Shown: piece by piece, positions 34,073-43,822 of the stretch
Layout: each line of letters starts with the position of its first letter
How positions within the stretch are numbered: the stretch's first letter is position 1
Source: an uncultured Anderseniella sp.
Lineage (GTDB): Bacteria; Pseudomonadota; Alphaproteobacteria; Rhizobiales; Aestuariivirgaceae
DNA length: 53,122 bases
NCBI GenBank assembly: GCA_964648175.1
Contig: CAZYKZ010000001.1
Span: 7,192 to 60,313 of the forward strand
Direction: 5' to 3'
Position numbers and translations under genes: made by a program
The notes under the pieces: generated by a model
The model's input: only the letters and a program-made list of their open reading frames with translations
What the model was told of the DNA's origin: nothing
The model's database searches: none

Positions 34073-34452
34073 GCTGTCTGCATAGCTTGTTTGCTAAATG
34101 TGGAAAAGTTCCTTCCGGTTTGGCTATCGAGATTTTTCTCCAGATCTTGTCCTCCACCAGTCTGGTGCCAGGTGGCAGTGAACTTTTGAATCCCGGTTAT
34201 GTGATTTTTCCGGATTAAAGGAATGTTTTGGGGATTGATTGTGGATCAAGTCGGAAAACGCTGGTTTGGTTCAACTTTAATTGGGGAAAATCAATGACTT
34301 ATAGCTTTTTGACTTGGTACCTGCCCGGATGTTGGAAACGGAGAATATTTTTCCGCCAAAGCCGTATTTGTGAATAAAGTGGTATTGCTTTCATCAACGG
34401 TTCAGCAGCAACATCATCAAGAGATTCAAGGTTCTGGTTTGGGTAGGGGATT
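34073..34452. other. oriC: Probable chromosomal replication origin (oriC)
   Basis: 380-bp AT-richer spacer between DUF299 and hemE, where oriC lies in Caulobacter and rhizobia; DnaA boxes at 34099-34107 (TTTTCCACA, -), 34240-34248 (TGATCCACA, -), 34369-34377 (TTATTCACA, -); IHF site; GANTC at 34188 and 34423. Confidence 0.82.
34289..34301 (+). promoter_or_regulatory. IHF binding site within oriC
   Basis: AATCAATGACTTA matches WATCAANNNNTTR exactly, between two DnaA boxes. Confidence 0.7.
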
Positions 34453-35496
34453 GTGGGCAAGGCATTATTGGACACGTTGCAGGGCAGGACTCCGGAGAAG
34501 CGTCCTGTCTGGTTGATGAGACAGGCTGGCAGATACCTGCCGGAGTACCGGGAAGTAAGGGCGCAAGCCGGTGGATTTCTGGATCTTTGCTATACGCCAG
34601 ATCTTGCCTGTGAAGTGACCCTCCAGCCATTGCGCCGTTATGATCTCGATGCGGCGATCCTGTTTGCAGACATTCTGCTTATTCCCCAGGCGATGGGATG
34701 TGCTCTGTCCTTCAAGGAGAATGAGGGTCCTGTTCTGTCGGCGGTTCGCACTTCGTCCGACGTGAACGCACTGACGGCTGAGATTGGGAAGCTCAATGAG
34801 ACATTGTCTCCAGTTTACGAATCCGTATCGAAGATCAGGGCGGGTCTAGAAGCAGACAAGACCTTGATTGGTTTTTGTGGCGCGCCGTGGACTGTTGCCA
34901 CGTACATGATTGAGGGTGGCACATCGGCTGAGCGCAGTATCGGCCGGCTTGCGGCATTCCGGTCGGAGGGTTGGGTTGATGATCTGATCGCCAAGCTCGT
35001 GGATGCCTCGATCGAGTATCTGAACTGCCAGATCGAAGCGGGAGCAGAGGTGGTGCAGATTTTCGATACGTGGGCCGGGGACCTCAGTGGAGAGCTGTTG
35101 ACCAGGTTGTGCTTTGATCCAATTGCAGCGATTACGAATGAGCTGAAACGGCGCTGGCCAGAGGTGCCGGTTATCGGGTTTGCGAGGGGTGTTGGGGTGT
35201 CGCAACTGGACTTCGCACGCGCTACGGGTGTCGATGCGGTCGGTATTGAATGGCCGGTGTCTACATCCTGGGCGCGGGATAACCTGGTGCCGGAGTGCGT
35301 TGTGCAGGGCAATCTGGATCCCCTGTCCGTTGTGGCTGGTGGTGATGGGATGAAGATTGCAGCTCGGCAGATTCTTGCTGATCTGCCGGTTGGCAGGCAC
35401 ATCTTCAACCTTGGTCATGGCATTCGGAAGGAAACGCCGCCCGAGCATGTGTCCGATTTGATTTCGGCGATCCGGGAATTCGACCGGGGGGCGTGA
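34453..35496 (+). CDS. hemE: Uroporphyrinogen decarboxylase
   Basis: PVWLMRQAGRYLPEY, AAILFADIL, LIGFCGAPWT, QGNLDP, IFNLGHG; GTG start. Confidence 0.97.
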   Translation: MGKALLDTLQGRTPEKRPVWLMRQAGRYLPEYREVRAQAGGFLDLCYTPDLACEVTLQPLRRYDLDAAILFADILLIPQAMGCALSFKENEGPVLSAVRTSSDVNALTAEIGKLNETLSPVYESVSKIRAGLEADKTLIGFCGAPWTVATYMIEGGTSAERSIGRLAAFRSEGWVDDLIAKLVDASIEYLNCQIEAGAEVVQIFDTWAGDLSGELLTRLCFDPIAAITNELKRRWPEVPVIGFARGVGVSQLDFARATGVDAVGIEWPVSTSWARDNLVPECVVQGNLDPLSVVAGGDGMKIAARQILADLPVGRHIFNLGHGIRKETPPEHVSDLISAIREFDRGA

Positions 35497-35933
35497 CTTC
35501 GGTGTACGAGTGGATCAAGGCCGTACATGTACTGGCGGTAATATCTTGGATGGCCGGATTACTCTATTTGCCGCGCTTGATGGTGTATCATGCTGGCGCA
35601 GCCTCAGGTGGGACGCTGTCGGAAACGTTGAAGGTGATGGAGCGTCGGCTGCTCAAGGCGATCATGAACCCGGCTATGGTCGTGTCGTGGGTTGCGGGGA
35701 TCTGGCTTGCCTGGGAGGCGGGGTTGCTTAGCGACTGGCCTGTCTGGTTTGTGGTCAAGTTTTTGTGTCTGATCCTGATGTCGGCATTTCACATGTGGTT
35801 AGCCGCCCAGGTGAAGGTGTTCGCCAGGGACGCGAATGAGCGGGGGCACGTTGCCTTCCGTGTGGCTAACGAGCTGCCGACTGCCCTGATGGTCGTTATT
35901 GTGGTAATGGTCATTGTGAAGCCATTTGTTTGA
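35493..35933 (+). CDS. hemJ: Protoporphyrinogen oxidase HemJ
   Basis: WIKAVHV.AVISWMAGLLYLPRL.VYH, MERRL...IMNPAM, NELPT, VIVKPF. Confidence 0.95.
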   Translation: MTSVYEWIKAVHVLAVISWMAGLLYLPRLMVYHAGAASGGTLSETLKVMERRLLKAIMNPAMVVSWVAGIWLAWEAGLLSDWPVWFVVKFLCLILMSAFHMWLAAQVKVFARDANERGHVAFRVANELPTALMVVIVVMVIVKPFV

Positions 35934-36097
35934 GTTCGGCTCATTTACGTGTTTTGCGACGCGTTGTTTCCTGTTATACGGTCTGACGGGTGTTTGCTTC
36001 GCTTCATTGCGGAGTTCTGCCCCTCCTCTCCTTTCGCGGTTGCAACTTGCCGGTTCGGGCCGCGCTCTTTCCTATCAGTCGTTATGGGTCGGATGTC

Positions 36098-37381
36098 ATG
36101 ACCAATCTGGATGAACTCGAACAGATCAAGCTTTTTGACCTGAAGCAGAAATCCCCTGCCGAGCTTTTGAGTGCTGCTGAAGAACTCGAAGTCGAGAACG
36201 CAAGCGCCCTGCGGAAGCAGGAGTTGATGTTTGCGATCCTGAAGAGCCTGGCTGCCCGTGATGTCAACATCATCGGAGAGGGTGTTGTGGAAGTTATGCC
36301 TGACGGTTTCGGCTTCCTCAGATCACCTGATGCCAACTACCTGGCTGGTCCGGATGATATCTACGTCAGTCCGAGCCAGATACGGAAGTTCGCGCTCAAG
36401 ACGGGTGATACCGTTGAAGGGGATATCCGCAGTCCAAAGGAAGGGGAACGGTACTTTGCCTTGTTGAAGGTTAATACCGTCAACTTCGAGGAACCTGAAA
36501 AGGTCCGGCACAAGATCCATTTCGACAATCTGACGCCGTTGTATCCGGATGAACGCTTGAACATGGAAGTTCAGGACCCGACGAAGAAGGATTATTCATC
36601 CCGCGTGATTGATCTGGTCGCGCCTCTGGGCAAGGGGCAGCGTGGTTTGATCGTGGCGCCGCCGCGTACCGGTAAAACCGTATTGCTGCAAAACATCGCC
36701 CAGTCGATTACCTCCAATCATCCCGAGTGTTATCTCATCGTGTTGCTGATCGATGAGCGACCCGAGGAAGTGACGGATATGCGCAGATCGGTTCGGGGCG
36801 AAGTGGTGAGCTCGACGTTCGATGAGCCCGCCAGCCGGCACGTTCAGGTCGCTGAGATGGTGATCGAGAAGGCGAAGCGACTGGTCGAGCACGGTCGCGA
36901 CGTCGTGATCCTGCTGGATTCGATTACGCGTCTTGGACGCGCCTACAATACCGTCGTGCCGTCGTCCGGCAAGGTGCTGACCGGCGGTGTGGACGCGAAC
37001 GCGCTTCAGCGGCCGAAGCGATTCTTTGGTGCTGCCCGCAATATCGAGGAAGGCGGGTCTCTGACGATCATTGCTACCGCCTTGATTGATACCGGCAGCC
37101 GCATGGATGAGGTGATCTTTGAAGAGTTCAAGGGTACGGGCAACTCGGAGATCATTCTGGACCGGAAGGTAGCCGACAAGCGGGTGTTCCCCGCAATCGA
37201 CATTCTTCGTTCTGGCACCCGCAAGGAAGAGTTGCTCGTGGATCCAGTCAAGTTGAAGAAGACGTATGTCCTGCGGCGCATCTTGAACCCGATGGGGACG
37301 GTCGATGCGATCGAATTCCTGCTCGACAAGCTGCGGCAGACGAAATCGAACAGCGATTTCTTCGATTCGATGAATGCCTGA
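36098..37381 (+). CDS. rho: Transcription termination factor Rho
   Basis: [45 protein letters not shown]; start ATG 36098. Confidence 0.98.
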   Translation: MTNLDELEQIKLFDLKQKSPAELLSAAEELEVENASALRKQELMFAILKSLAARDVNIIGEGVVEVMPDGFGFLRSPDANYLAGPDDIYVSPSQIRKFALKTGDTVEGDIRSPKEGERYFALLKVNTVNFEEPEKVRHKIHFDNLTPLYPDERLNMEVQDPTKKDYSSRVIDLVAPLGKGQRGLIVAPPRTGKTVLLQNIAQSITSNHPECYLIVLLIDERPEEVTDMRRSVRGEVVSSTFDEPASRHVQVAEMVIEKAKRLVEHGRDVVILLDSITRLGRAYNTVVPSSGKVLTGGVDANALQRPKRFFGAARNIEEGGSLTIIATALIDTGSRMDEVIFEEFKGTGNSEIILDRKVADKRVFPAIDILRSGTRKEELLVDPVKLKKTYVLRRILNPMGTVDAIEFLLDKLRQTKSNSDFFDSMNA

Positions 37382-38125
37382 TGCGGTGCCTGCAAGGCTC
37401 CCGTCGTAGTTTGTGGGAATTTGACCAGGTAGTTGCGGGAAATCCCTGCTAGGGCGGTATGCCTTAGCAGTGGTCGGCTTAGACTATCATTGATTGTTCC
37501 TCATGGGCGTTAACGGCATGCGATGCATTTGTATTGCCTGGCGAGTTGCCGGTTTTCAAATCGCGTGATTTGTCATCTTTTGGTATCGGGTCGATTCCGA
37601 AGCGATCTTGTCCGGCGCGGTTTCGCGAGACTCGGCTGATGGTATGGCCGTCGGGCTGTTTGGTCTGCGGGTAGGCGAATTGGCAAAGTCGCATGTCCTG
37701 ATTAGAGGCTGCCGGGGGACATTTCGATTCGAAGACGTAACAATTGAATTTTCCGGACTCTCAATAAGCCGCCTGGTTGCGGATCTGGCCCATGATTGCT
37801 GTTTTCCTGACATGGTATGGCTGGTAGTGCCTGGAATGTCCGAAGGATTTCGCGGGATTGTGGCCTGCGAGCCTTTGCGGGTCATACTGGCGGCCCAAAT
37901 TTCTCATCCAGTGTTTGCTTGACCAAAAGTGGGCTGATGGTTGTCCGATACAATGGTCGAATGGTGCTATGGCGGGAAGGCAGGGCGCTACTCTCCAGAC
38001 ATGAAGTCCGGCCTGGTCAACTGCGCGTTTCAAGGGCGTCCGGCGGTTGCGCTTGCAAGATGCTTGGTTTTGCTCAATGCAGGTAACATCTATCCAGGTA
38101 CTTCTTGAACGTTGGATGTGAAGCG

Positions 38126-39442
38126 TTGAGCACAGCAGACACGATCTATGCGTTATCGTCCGGTGCCGGCAGGGCTGGTGTCGCCGTGATCCGGGTATCC
38201 GGGTCGCGGGCCGGTAGTCTGGTGCGCGATCTGTGCGACGGTCTGCCCGAGCCACGAAAGGCTGTTTTGCGCCGCTTGAGAGCACTGTCTGACGGACAGA
38301 CCATCGACGAGGCACTGGTCGTCTGGTTTCCGGGCCCGCATAGCTTCACAGGTGAGGATGTCGCAGAGTTTCATGTTCATGGCAGCTCCGGCGTGGTGCG
38401 ATGGTTGTGTGAAGAGTTGCGTGATCATGGTGGAAGCCGTCCAGCATCAGCGGGAGAGTTTTCCAGGCGCGCCTTTCAGAATGGCAAGCTCGACCTGGTT
38501 GAGATCGAAGGTCTGGCCGATGTTCTTGCTGCTGAGACGCGGCAGCAGGTCAGGCAGGCGTTGTTTCACGTGGATGGGCACGCGTCTGAAATATTTGCGG
38601 GGTGGCGGTCGGAATTGGTTCGAGTGCTTGCGCTCATAGAGGCCTGTATCGATTTCAGCGACGAAGAAGGAGTTGAGGCTGGCGCCAAGCCGGAGATCTC
38701 ATCGGTTCTGACAGGGCTGCGGGATACTATGGGTAGGCAGCTTGAGGGTGCTCAGCGGGGACGGCGGGTCCGGCAGGGCATCCGGGTGGTGCTTGCGGGC
38801 GGACCAAATGCGGGCAAGTCGAGCCTCATGAATGCCATCGCGGCCCGTGATGTGGCGATTGTCAGCCGGCATGCCGGTACGACGAGAGACGTGGTTGAAG
38901 TGAGTCTTGATCTTGCAGGCCATGCGGTTGAATTGGCCGACACGGCCGGCATTCGCGAGACTTCCGACTCCGAAGTGGAGCAGCTGGGAATCGGGCGCAC
39001 TTTGGATCGGATCGCGGAAGCAGATCTGGTCCTTGCCGTTGCTGCTCCAGACGTGCCGTGGCCAGATGTGAAAATGGATTCGGAGGCGATACGAGTTTGG
39101 AACAAGTCGGATTTGCCGGTTCACGGTGAGCAAAATGAGGCAGATGTCTCGGTTTCCGCTGCCACGGGGGAGGGCCTGCCAGAACTTTTGCGGATGATCG
39201 AGTCGCGGGTGAAGGCGCTTGCGGGCGAGAGTGAACCGGCGTTGCTGGTGCGCGACAGGCAGGTCCACGCTGTCCGCGCCTGCCTCAGACATATCCAGGC
39301 AGCGGACAGTGCTGCATTGCCCCTGGAGATCGTTGCCGAAGAAATCCGCTCAGCTGTCCGGGTTCTCGAGCAGTTGATTGGAAAGGTCGATGTGGAAGAC
39401 CTTCTGGATGACATTTTCTCCCGCTTTTGCATCGGGAAGTGA
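38126..39442 (+). CDS. mnmE: tRNA modification GTPase MnmE (TrmE)
   Basis: DTIYALSSG, SFTGED, GGPNAGKSSL, AGTTRD, DTAG, NKSD, C-terminal FCIGK; probable TTG start 38126. Confidence 0.97.
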   Translation: MSTADTIYALSSGAGRAGVAVIRVSGSRAGSLVRDLCDGLPEPRKAVLRRLRALSDGQTIDEALVVWFPGPHSFTGEDVAEFHVHGSSGVVRWLCEELRDHGGSRPASAGEFSRRAFQNGKLDLVEIEGLADVLAAETRQQVRQALFHVDGHASEIFAGWRSELVRVLALIEACIDFSDEEGVEAGAKPEISSVLTGLRDTMGRQLEGAQRGRRVRQGIRVVLAGGPNAGKSSLMNAIAARDVAIVSRHAGTTRDVVEVSLDLAGHAVELADTAGIRETSDSEVEQLGIGRTLDRIAEADLVLAVAAPDVPWPDVKMDSEAIRVWNKSDLPVHGEQNEADVSVSAATGEGLPELLRMIESRVKALAGESEPALLVRDRQVHAVRACLRHIQAADSAALPLEIVAEEIRSAVRVLEQLIGKVDVEDLLDDIFSRFCIGK

Positions 39443-39460
39443 TCGTTTCGGAGACGAAAA

Positions 39461-39476
39461 TGTTTCACGTGAAACA
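39461..39476. other. parS: parS centromere site (perfect palindrome)
   Basis: TGTTTCACGTGAAACA in the mnmE-mnmG spacer, upstream of mnmG-rsmG-parA-parB. Confidence 0.95.
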
Positions 39477-39492
39477 AAGCGGTTTTTGATGT

Positions 39493-39501
39493 TTATCCAC
39501 A
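39493..39501 (+). promoter_or_regulatory. Perfect DnaA box next to parS
   Basis: TTATCCACA, 16 bp downstream of parS. Confidence 0.8.
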
Positions 39502-39523
39502 GTTGGTGTATTGAGCGGGAATC

Positions 39524-41404
39524 ATGACACAGACAGGCATATATCAGTTCGATGTCGTTGTGGTCGGAGGTGGCCATGCGGGTTGCGAAGCGGCGGCTGC
39601 AGCTGCACGCCGGGGTGCCAGGACCGCGCTTGTCACCCACCGCCGGGATACGATCGGCGAGATGTCCTGCAACCCCGCAATGGGCGGGCTCGGCAAGGGT
39701 CATCTCATGCGGGAAGTTGATGCACTGGATGGCCTGATTGCCCGGGTTAGTGATCGCGCAGCAATTCAGTACCGGCTGCTCAATCGGTCCAAGGGACCTG
39801 CGGTACGCGGTCCACGGGCCCAGATCGACCGCGCGCTGTACAGAAAGGCCATGCAGGACGAGATTGGTTCGATTGCCGGCTTGACTGTCATCGAGGCGCC
39901 AGCCGCAGGGTTCCTCCTGGATGGCGGCCGTGTCGAGGGGATCTACACCGAAGATGGTTCAGAAATCCGCTCACGATGCGTGGTTCTGACGACCGGCACC
40001 TTCCTGGGTGGCCTGATCCACATAGGTGAGAAGAAGGTACCAGCGGGACGCGCCGGCGAGGCTCCCAGCAACGCACTCGCTCAGGTTTTAAGGGGAACTG
40101 GCCTGAGGATCGGCCGGCTTAAAACGGGGACACCTCCAAGGCTTGATGGCCGGACAATCGACTATCAAGACCTCGAAGCCCAGCCAGCAGACGAAGACCC
40201 GTATTATTTTTCCACGCTCACCCGCCACACGCATGCGCGGCAGATTTCCTGTCACATCACTCATACGAACGAACACACACACGAGATAATTGAGCGAAAC
40301 CTCGCCCGTTCAGCCATGTATGCGGGTCACATAGAAGGCACCGGTCCACGATATTGTCCATCAATCGAAGACAAGATCGTGAAGTTCCGGGATCGTGCAT
40401 CGCATCAGATCTTTCTCGAACCGGAGGGGCTTGATGACCCTACCGTTTATCCGAATGGCATTTCCACGTCGCTGCCGGAGGATATCCAGGATCAGTACGT
40501 GCGCTCCATAAAGGGGCTGGAGAACGTCCACATCATCCGGCACGGCTATGCGATCGAGTATGATTACGTCGATCCACGTGAACTTGGCCAGCAGCTCAAT
40601 GTTCGTGCATTGCCGGGCCTGTACCTCGCTGGCCAGATCAATGGCACGACCGGATATGAGGAAGCCGCGGCACAGGGACTGCTCGCCGGCGCAAATGCGG
40701 CTGCAGAGGCGCTCGATCTGGAGCCGCTCATGATCAGCCGGTCACAGGGCTACATCGGGGTCCTGGTCGATGATCTCACCACCCGGGGTGCTTCAGAACC
40801 CTATCGGATGTTCACTTCAAGGGCGGAATACCGCTTGATGCTTCGCGCTGACAATGCAGACGAGCGGCTGACGCCTGTTGCGATCCGGCTTGGCCTCTGT
40901 TCGGAACAACGGAAGCAGGATTTCGAAACAAAATCGGCAGCCCTAGCCGGACTTCGCGAAAAGCTTCAGGCCATGAAATTTTCAAACGCACAATTGCAGG
41001 CGGCTGGATTGCCCGTGAACAAGGACGGCAGGGCACGAACAGCGTACGAATATTTGTCATACGACGGCGTCGAATACGCTCAGCTGTGCCATGCGGACCC
41101 GACTCTATCGGCTGTAGATGAGGAGTTGAAAACCCAGATCGCCGCCGAGGCGCTTTATGCTGCCTATACTGATAGGCAGAAGGCAGAAATTCGGGCCCTG
41201 GAACAGGAGCGCAGCTTCGTGCTGCCGGACAGCCTTGACTATGACCTCGTTCCAGGCCTGTCCAACGAGGCGCGGCACAAGCTGTCAGTAGTGCGGCCAA
41301 CGACGTTGGCGGAAGCAGCCGTCATCGACGGCATGACGCCATCTGCTCTCGCCTTGTTGCTGTCGCACGTCCGCAAGACCTCCAACGGTCGGTTGGCCGG
41401 CTGA
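39524..41404 (+). CDS. mnmG: tRNA uridine-5-carboxymethylaminomethyl modification enzyme MnmG (GidA)
   Basis: [55 protein letters not shown]. Confidence 0.98.
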   Translation: MTQTGIYQFDVVVVGGGHAGCEAAAAAARRGARTALVTHRRDTIGEMSCNPAMGGLGKGHLMREVDALDGLIARVSDRAAIQYRLLNRSKGPAVRGPRAQIDRALYRKAMQDEIGSIAGLTVIEAPAAGFLLDGGRVEGIYTEDGSEIRSRCVVLTTGTFLGGLIHIGEKKVPAGRAGEAPSNALAQVLRGTGLRIGRLKTGTPPRLDGRTIDYQDLEAQPADEDPYYFSTLTRHTHARQISCHITHTNEHTHEIIERNLARSAMYAGHIEGTGPRYCPSIEDKIVKFRDRASHQIFLEPEGLDDPTVYPNGISTSLPEDIQDQYVRSIKGLENVHIIRHGYAIEYDYVDPRELGQQLNVRALPGLYLAGQINGTTGYEEAAAQGLLAGANAAAEALDLEPLMISRSQGYIGVLVDDLTTRGASEPYRMFTSRAEYRLMLRADNADERLTPVAIRLGLCSEQRKQDFETKSAALAGLREKLQAMKFSNAQLQAAGLPVNKDGRARTAYEYLSYDGVEYAQLCHADPTLSAVDEELKTQIAAEALYAAYTDRQKAEIRALEQERSFVLPDSLDYDLVPGLSNEARHKLSVVRPTTLAEAAVIDGMTPSALALLLSHVRKTSNGRLAG

Positions 41405-41406
41405 TC

Positions 41407-42093
41407 ATGAACGCCGCTCCGGATCCCAATCCTGTTCTGCGAGCACCGGCGGGATTTGCGGAGGCCTGGAATGTTTCACGTGAATCACTGGTCAGGCTGG
41501 AGATCTATGCGGCGGAACTGCTGCGATGGCAAAAGACCCACAATCTGATTGCCCCATCCACCATAGCACAATTCTGGGTGCGGCACGTGGCTGACGCCCT
41601 ACAACTGGTTGCCCATCTAAAGGATGCACGAAGCAACATCGTCGATATCGGATCGGGTGGCGGAATTCCCGCCATACCCATGGCGATCGCCCTTCAGGAC
41701 AGCACGGGCAAGCCCCTTGTCACCATGGTCGAGAGCAATGCCAAGAAATGCGCATTCCTGCGGGCTGCCGCCAGGACGTGCGGATTAAATGCACGAATCA
41801 TAAACAAGCGGATAGAATCGCTGACAGATTCGGATGTGGAACGACCGGTCGATGCCGTTGTGGCCAGAGCTCTTGCCCCGACCTCGGAATTGCTGGACCT
41901 GGTCAACAAAATGCCGGTTCGTCCACAAAGAATGTTGTTTCTGAAGGGACAACATATTGATGCCGAATTGACCGAAGCTACTAAATGTTGGAATATTTCG
42001 TTCAGCAAGCATCCGAGCAAAACAGCCGCTGACGGGTGCATTCTCGAGATTGAAGAGGCCGAACGTGTCAGTCCAAAATCATCAACCGGCTAG
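41407..42093 (+). CDS. rsmG: 16S rRNA (guanine527-N7)-methyltransferase RsmG (GidB)
   Basis: W...HNLI, RHVADALQ, DIGSGGGIP, VESNAKKCAFL, ARALA, LKG. Confidence 0.94.
   Translation: MNAAPDPNPVLRAPAGFAEAWNVSRESLVRLEIYAAELLRWQKTHNLIAPSTIAQFWVRHVADALQLVAHLKDARSNIVDIGSGGGIPAIPMAIALQDSTGKPLVTMVESNAKKCAFLRAAARTCGLNARIINKRIESLTDSDVERPVDAVVARALAPTSELLDLVNKMPVRPQRMLFLKGQHIDAELTEATKCWNISFSKHPSKTAADGCILEIEEAERVSPKSSTG
41472..41487. other. parS: Second parS site (1 mismatch) inside the rsmG coding sequence
   Basis: TGTTTCACGTGAATCA, 15/16 identical to the intergenic parS; encodes N-V-S-R-E-S. Confidence 0.85.
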
Positions 42094-42898
42094 TTCCGCA
42101 AGCCCGCGCATCCTGGCAGTCGCAAACCAGAAAGGTGGGGTTGGCAAAACGACAACTGCAATAAACCTGGGCACAGCACTTGCTGCCGTCGGTGAACGGG
42201 TGCTCGTTATCGATCTCGATCCGCAAGGCAACGCCAGCACCGGACTGGGCATCAACCGGCTGCCCGGCCAATCCTCCACCTACCAGGTCCTGATTGGCGA
42301 AGCAGGTCTCGCTTCAGTCATACGCCAGTCTGAAATACCGGGGCTTGATTGTGCTCCGTCATCGATGGATCTCCTCGGCGCAGAACTCGAGCTGGCTGAA
42401 TATGACCGCAAGACCTACCGGCTGCGCGACGCAATCAACGCCATGTGCCATGCCATGCCGGACGAGCAGAAGTACACCTACATACTCGTGGACTGCCCGC
42501 CATCCCTGAACCTGCTGACGATCAACTCCCTCTCAGCCGCAAATGCCGTCCTGGTGCCGCTGCAGTGCGAGTTCTTTGCGCTCGAAGGCTTGAGCCAGCT
42601 CATGAAAACAGTTGACCGGGTGAAGGCGAACCTCAATCCGGAACTGGAAATCCAGGGCATCGTCCTCACCATGTTCGACCGGCGCAACTCTCTGTCTGAA
42701 CAGGTAGCGCAAGACGTGCGTGGCGTTCTGGGCGCAAAGGTCTACGAAACAGTCATACCGCGCAATGTACGAGTTTCGGAAGCACCTTCATACGGGAAGC
42801 CGGTACTGCTTTATGACAACACCTGCGCGGGTTCCCAGGCATATATTCGACTCGCATCCGAAATAATCCGGCGCGAACGTTCCTTGCGCGCAGCCTGA
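42065..42898 (+). CDS. parA: Chromosome partitioning ATPase ParA
   Basis: ANQKGGVGKTTT, DLDPQGNA, DCPPSL, PLQCEFFALEG, IPRNVRVSEAPS; start approximate. Confidence 0.97.
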   Translation: MSVQNHQPASSASPRILAVANQKGGVGKTTTAINLGTALAAVGERVLVIDLDPQGNASTGLGINRLPGQSSTYQVLIGEAGLASVIRQSEIPGLDCAPSSMDLLGAELELAEYDRKTYRLRDAINAMCHAMPDEQKYTYILVDCPPSLNLLTINSLSAANAVLVPLQCEFFALEGLSQLMKTVDRVKANLNPELEIQGIVLTMFDRRNSLSEQVAQDVRGVLGAKVYETVIPRNVRVSEAPSYGKPVLLYDNTCAGSQAYIRLASEIIRRERSLRAA

Positions 42899-42924
42899 CC
42901 CAATATGCAAAGAGACAAAATTCG

Positions 42925-43806
42925 ATGACGGCACTACCCAAAAAGAGACTGGGCCGCGGCCTTGCTGCGCTCATTGGCGATGATATCGCCGATGAACTTC
43001 CCACGGCAGCTGAAGGACCTGCAACGAACGGACTCCGCGAAGTTCCGATCGAAATGGTTCGCAGCAACAACCTGAACCCGCGAAAGAGCTTCAACGAGCA
43101 GGAACTGGAAGACCTCGCCAGGTCAATCTCGGAAAAGGGAATCCTCCAACCGGTCGTCGTGCGGCCGGTGGGCGAAGGCGCCACCTATCAGATCGTTGCG
43201 GGTGAACGGCGCTGGCGAGCTGCCCAACGGGCAGGCCTGCACACGATACCCGTTCTCGTGCGCGAATTGTCCGACAAGGAAGTTCTCGAGATCGCGATCA
43301 TCGAAAACGTACAGCGGGCAGATCTCAACCCTGTCGAAGAGGCGATGGGATACCAGCAACTCATCGACAGTTTCGACTACACGCAACAACAGCTCGCCGA
43401 ATCAATCGGCAAGAGCCGCAGTCATATCGCCAATACGCTGCGGCTTATGACCTTGCCCAAAACAGTGCTCGACCAACTTCAGCAAGGATCCCTGACTGCA
43501 GGCCATGCCCGGGCGTTGATTGCGACGGATGATCCTGCCGGACTGGCACAAAAGATTGTCGCGCTTGGCTTGTCAGTGCGCCAGGCAGAAGCACTTGCCC
43601 GCAACAAAGCTGAAGCATCTGACAACCCACCAGCTGAACCGAAGGGGCAGAGCGATCTTCGTGCAATCGAGAAAGCAATCTCTGAAACCCTTGGTTTGAG
43701 AGTCTCGCTCCAGCCAGGAGCTGGCGAAAAGGGAAAATTAGTTATTAATTTCAAGACGTTAGAACAGTTCGAAGAACTCTGCGCCAAGCTGGGAGCAAAG
43801 CTCTAA
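42925..43806 (+). CDS. parB: Chromosome partitioning CTPase ParB
   Basis: LGRGLAALI, GILQP, AGERRWRA, ENVQRADLN, GKSRSHIAN.LRL. Confidence 0.97.
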   Translation: MTALPKKRLGRGLAALIGDDIADELPTAAEGPATNGLREVPIEMVRSNNLNPRKSFNEQELEDLARSISEKGILQPVVVRPVGEGATYQIVAGERRWRAAQRAGLHTIPVLVRELSDKEVLEIAIIENVQRADLNPVEEAMGYQQLIDSFDYTQQQLAESIGKSRSHIANTLRLMTLPKTVLDQLQQGSLTAGHARALIATDDPAGLAQKIVALGLSVRQAEALARNKAEASDNPPAEPKGQSDLRAIEKAISETLGLRVSLQPGAGEKGKLVINFKTLEQFEELCAKLGAKL

Positions 43807-43822
43807 CGACCGTCAAAACGCC

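Noticed and set aside
35490-35500. No hemH between hemE and hemJ
   Set aside because: hemE-hemJ-rho without hemH is a normal rhizobial arrangement; the genes overlap by 4 nt and there is no remnant
37479-38315. Short ORFs (71-184 aa) in the rho-mnmE gap
   Set aside because: No recognisable family, atypical composition, mutually overlapping; treated as non-coding pending ribosome profiling
13884-39174. KOPS-like GGGNAGGG octamers (minus: 13884, 24606; plus: 18452, 30022, 34441, 39167)
   Set aside because: Too few and mixed in orientation left of the origin to support a polarity claim
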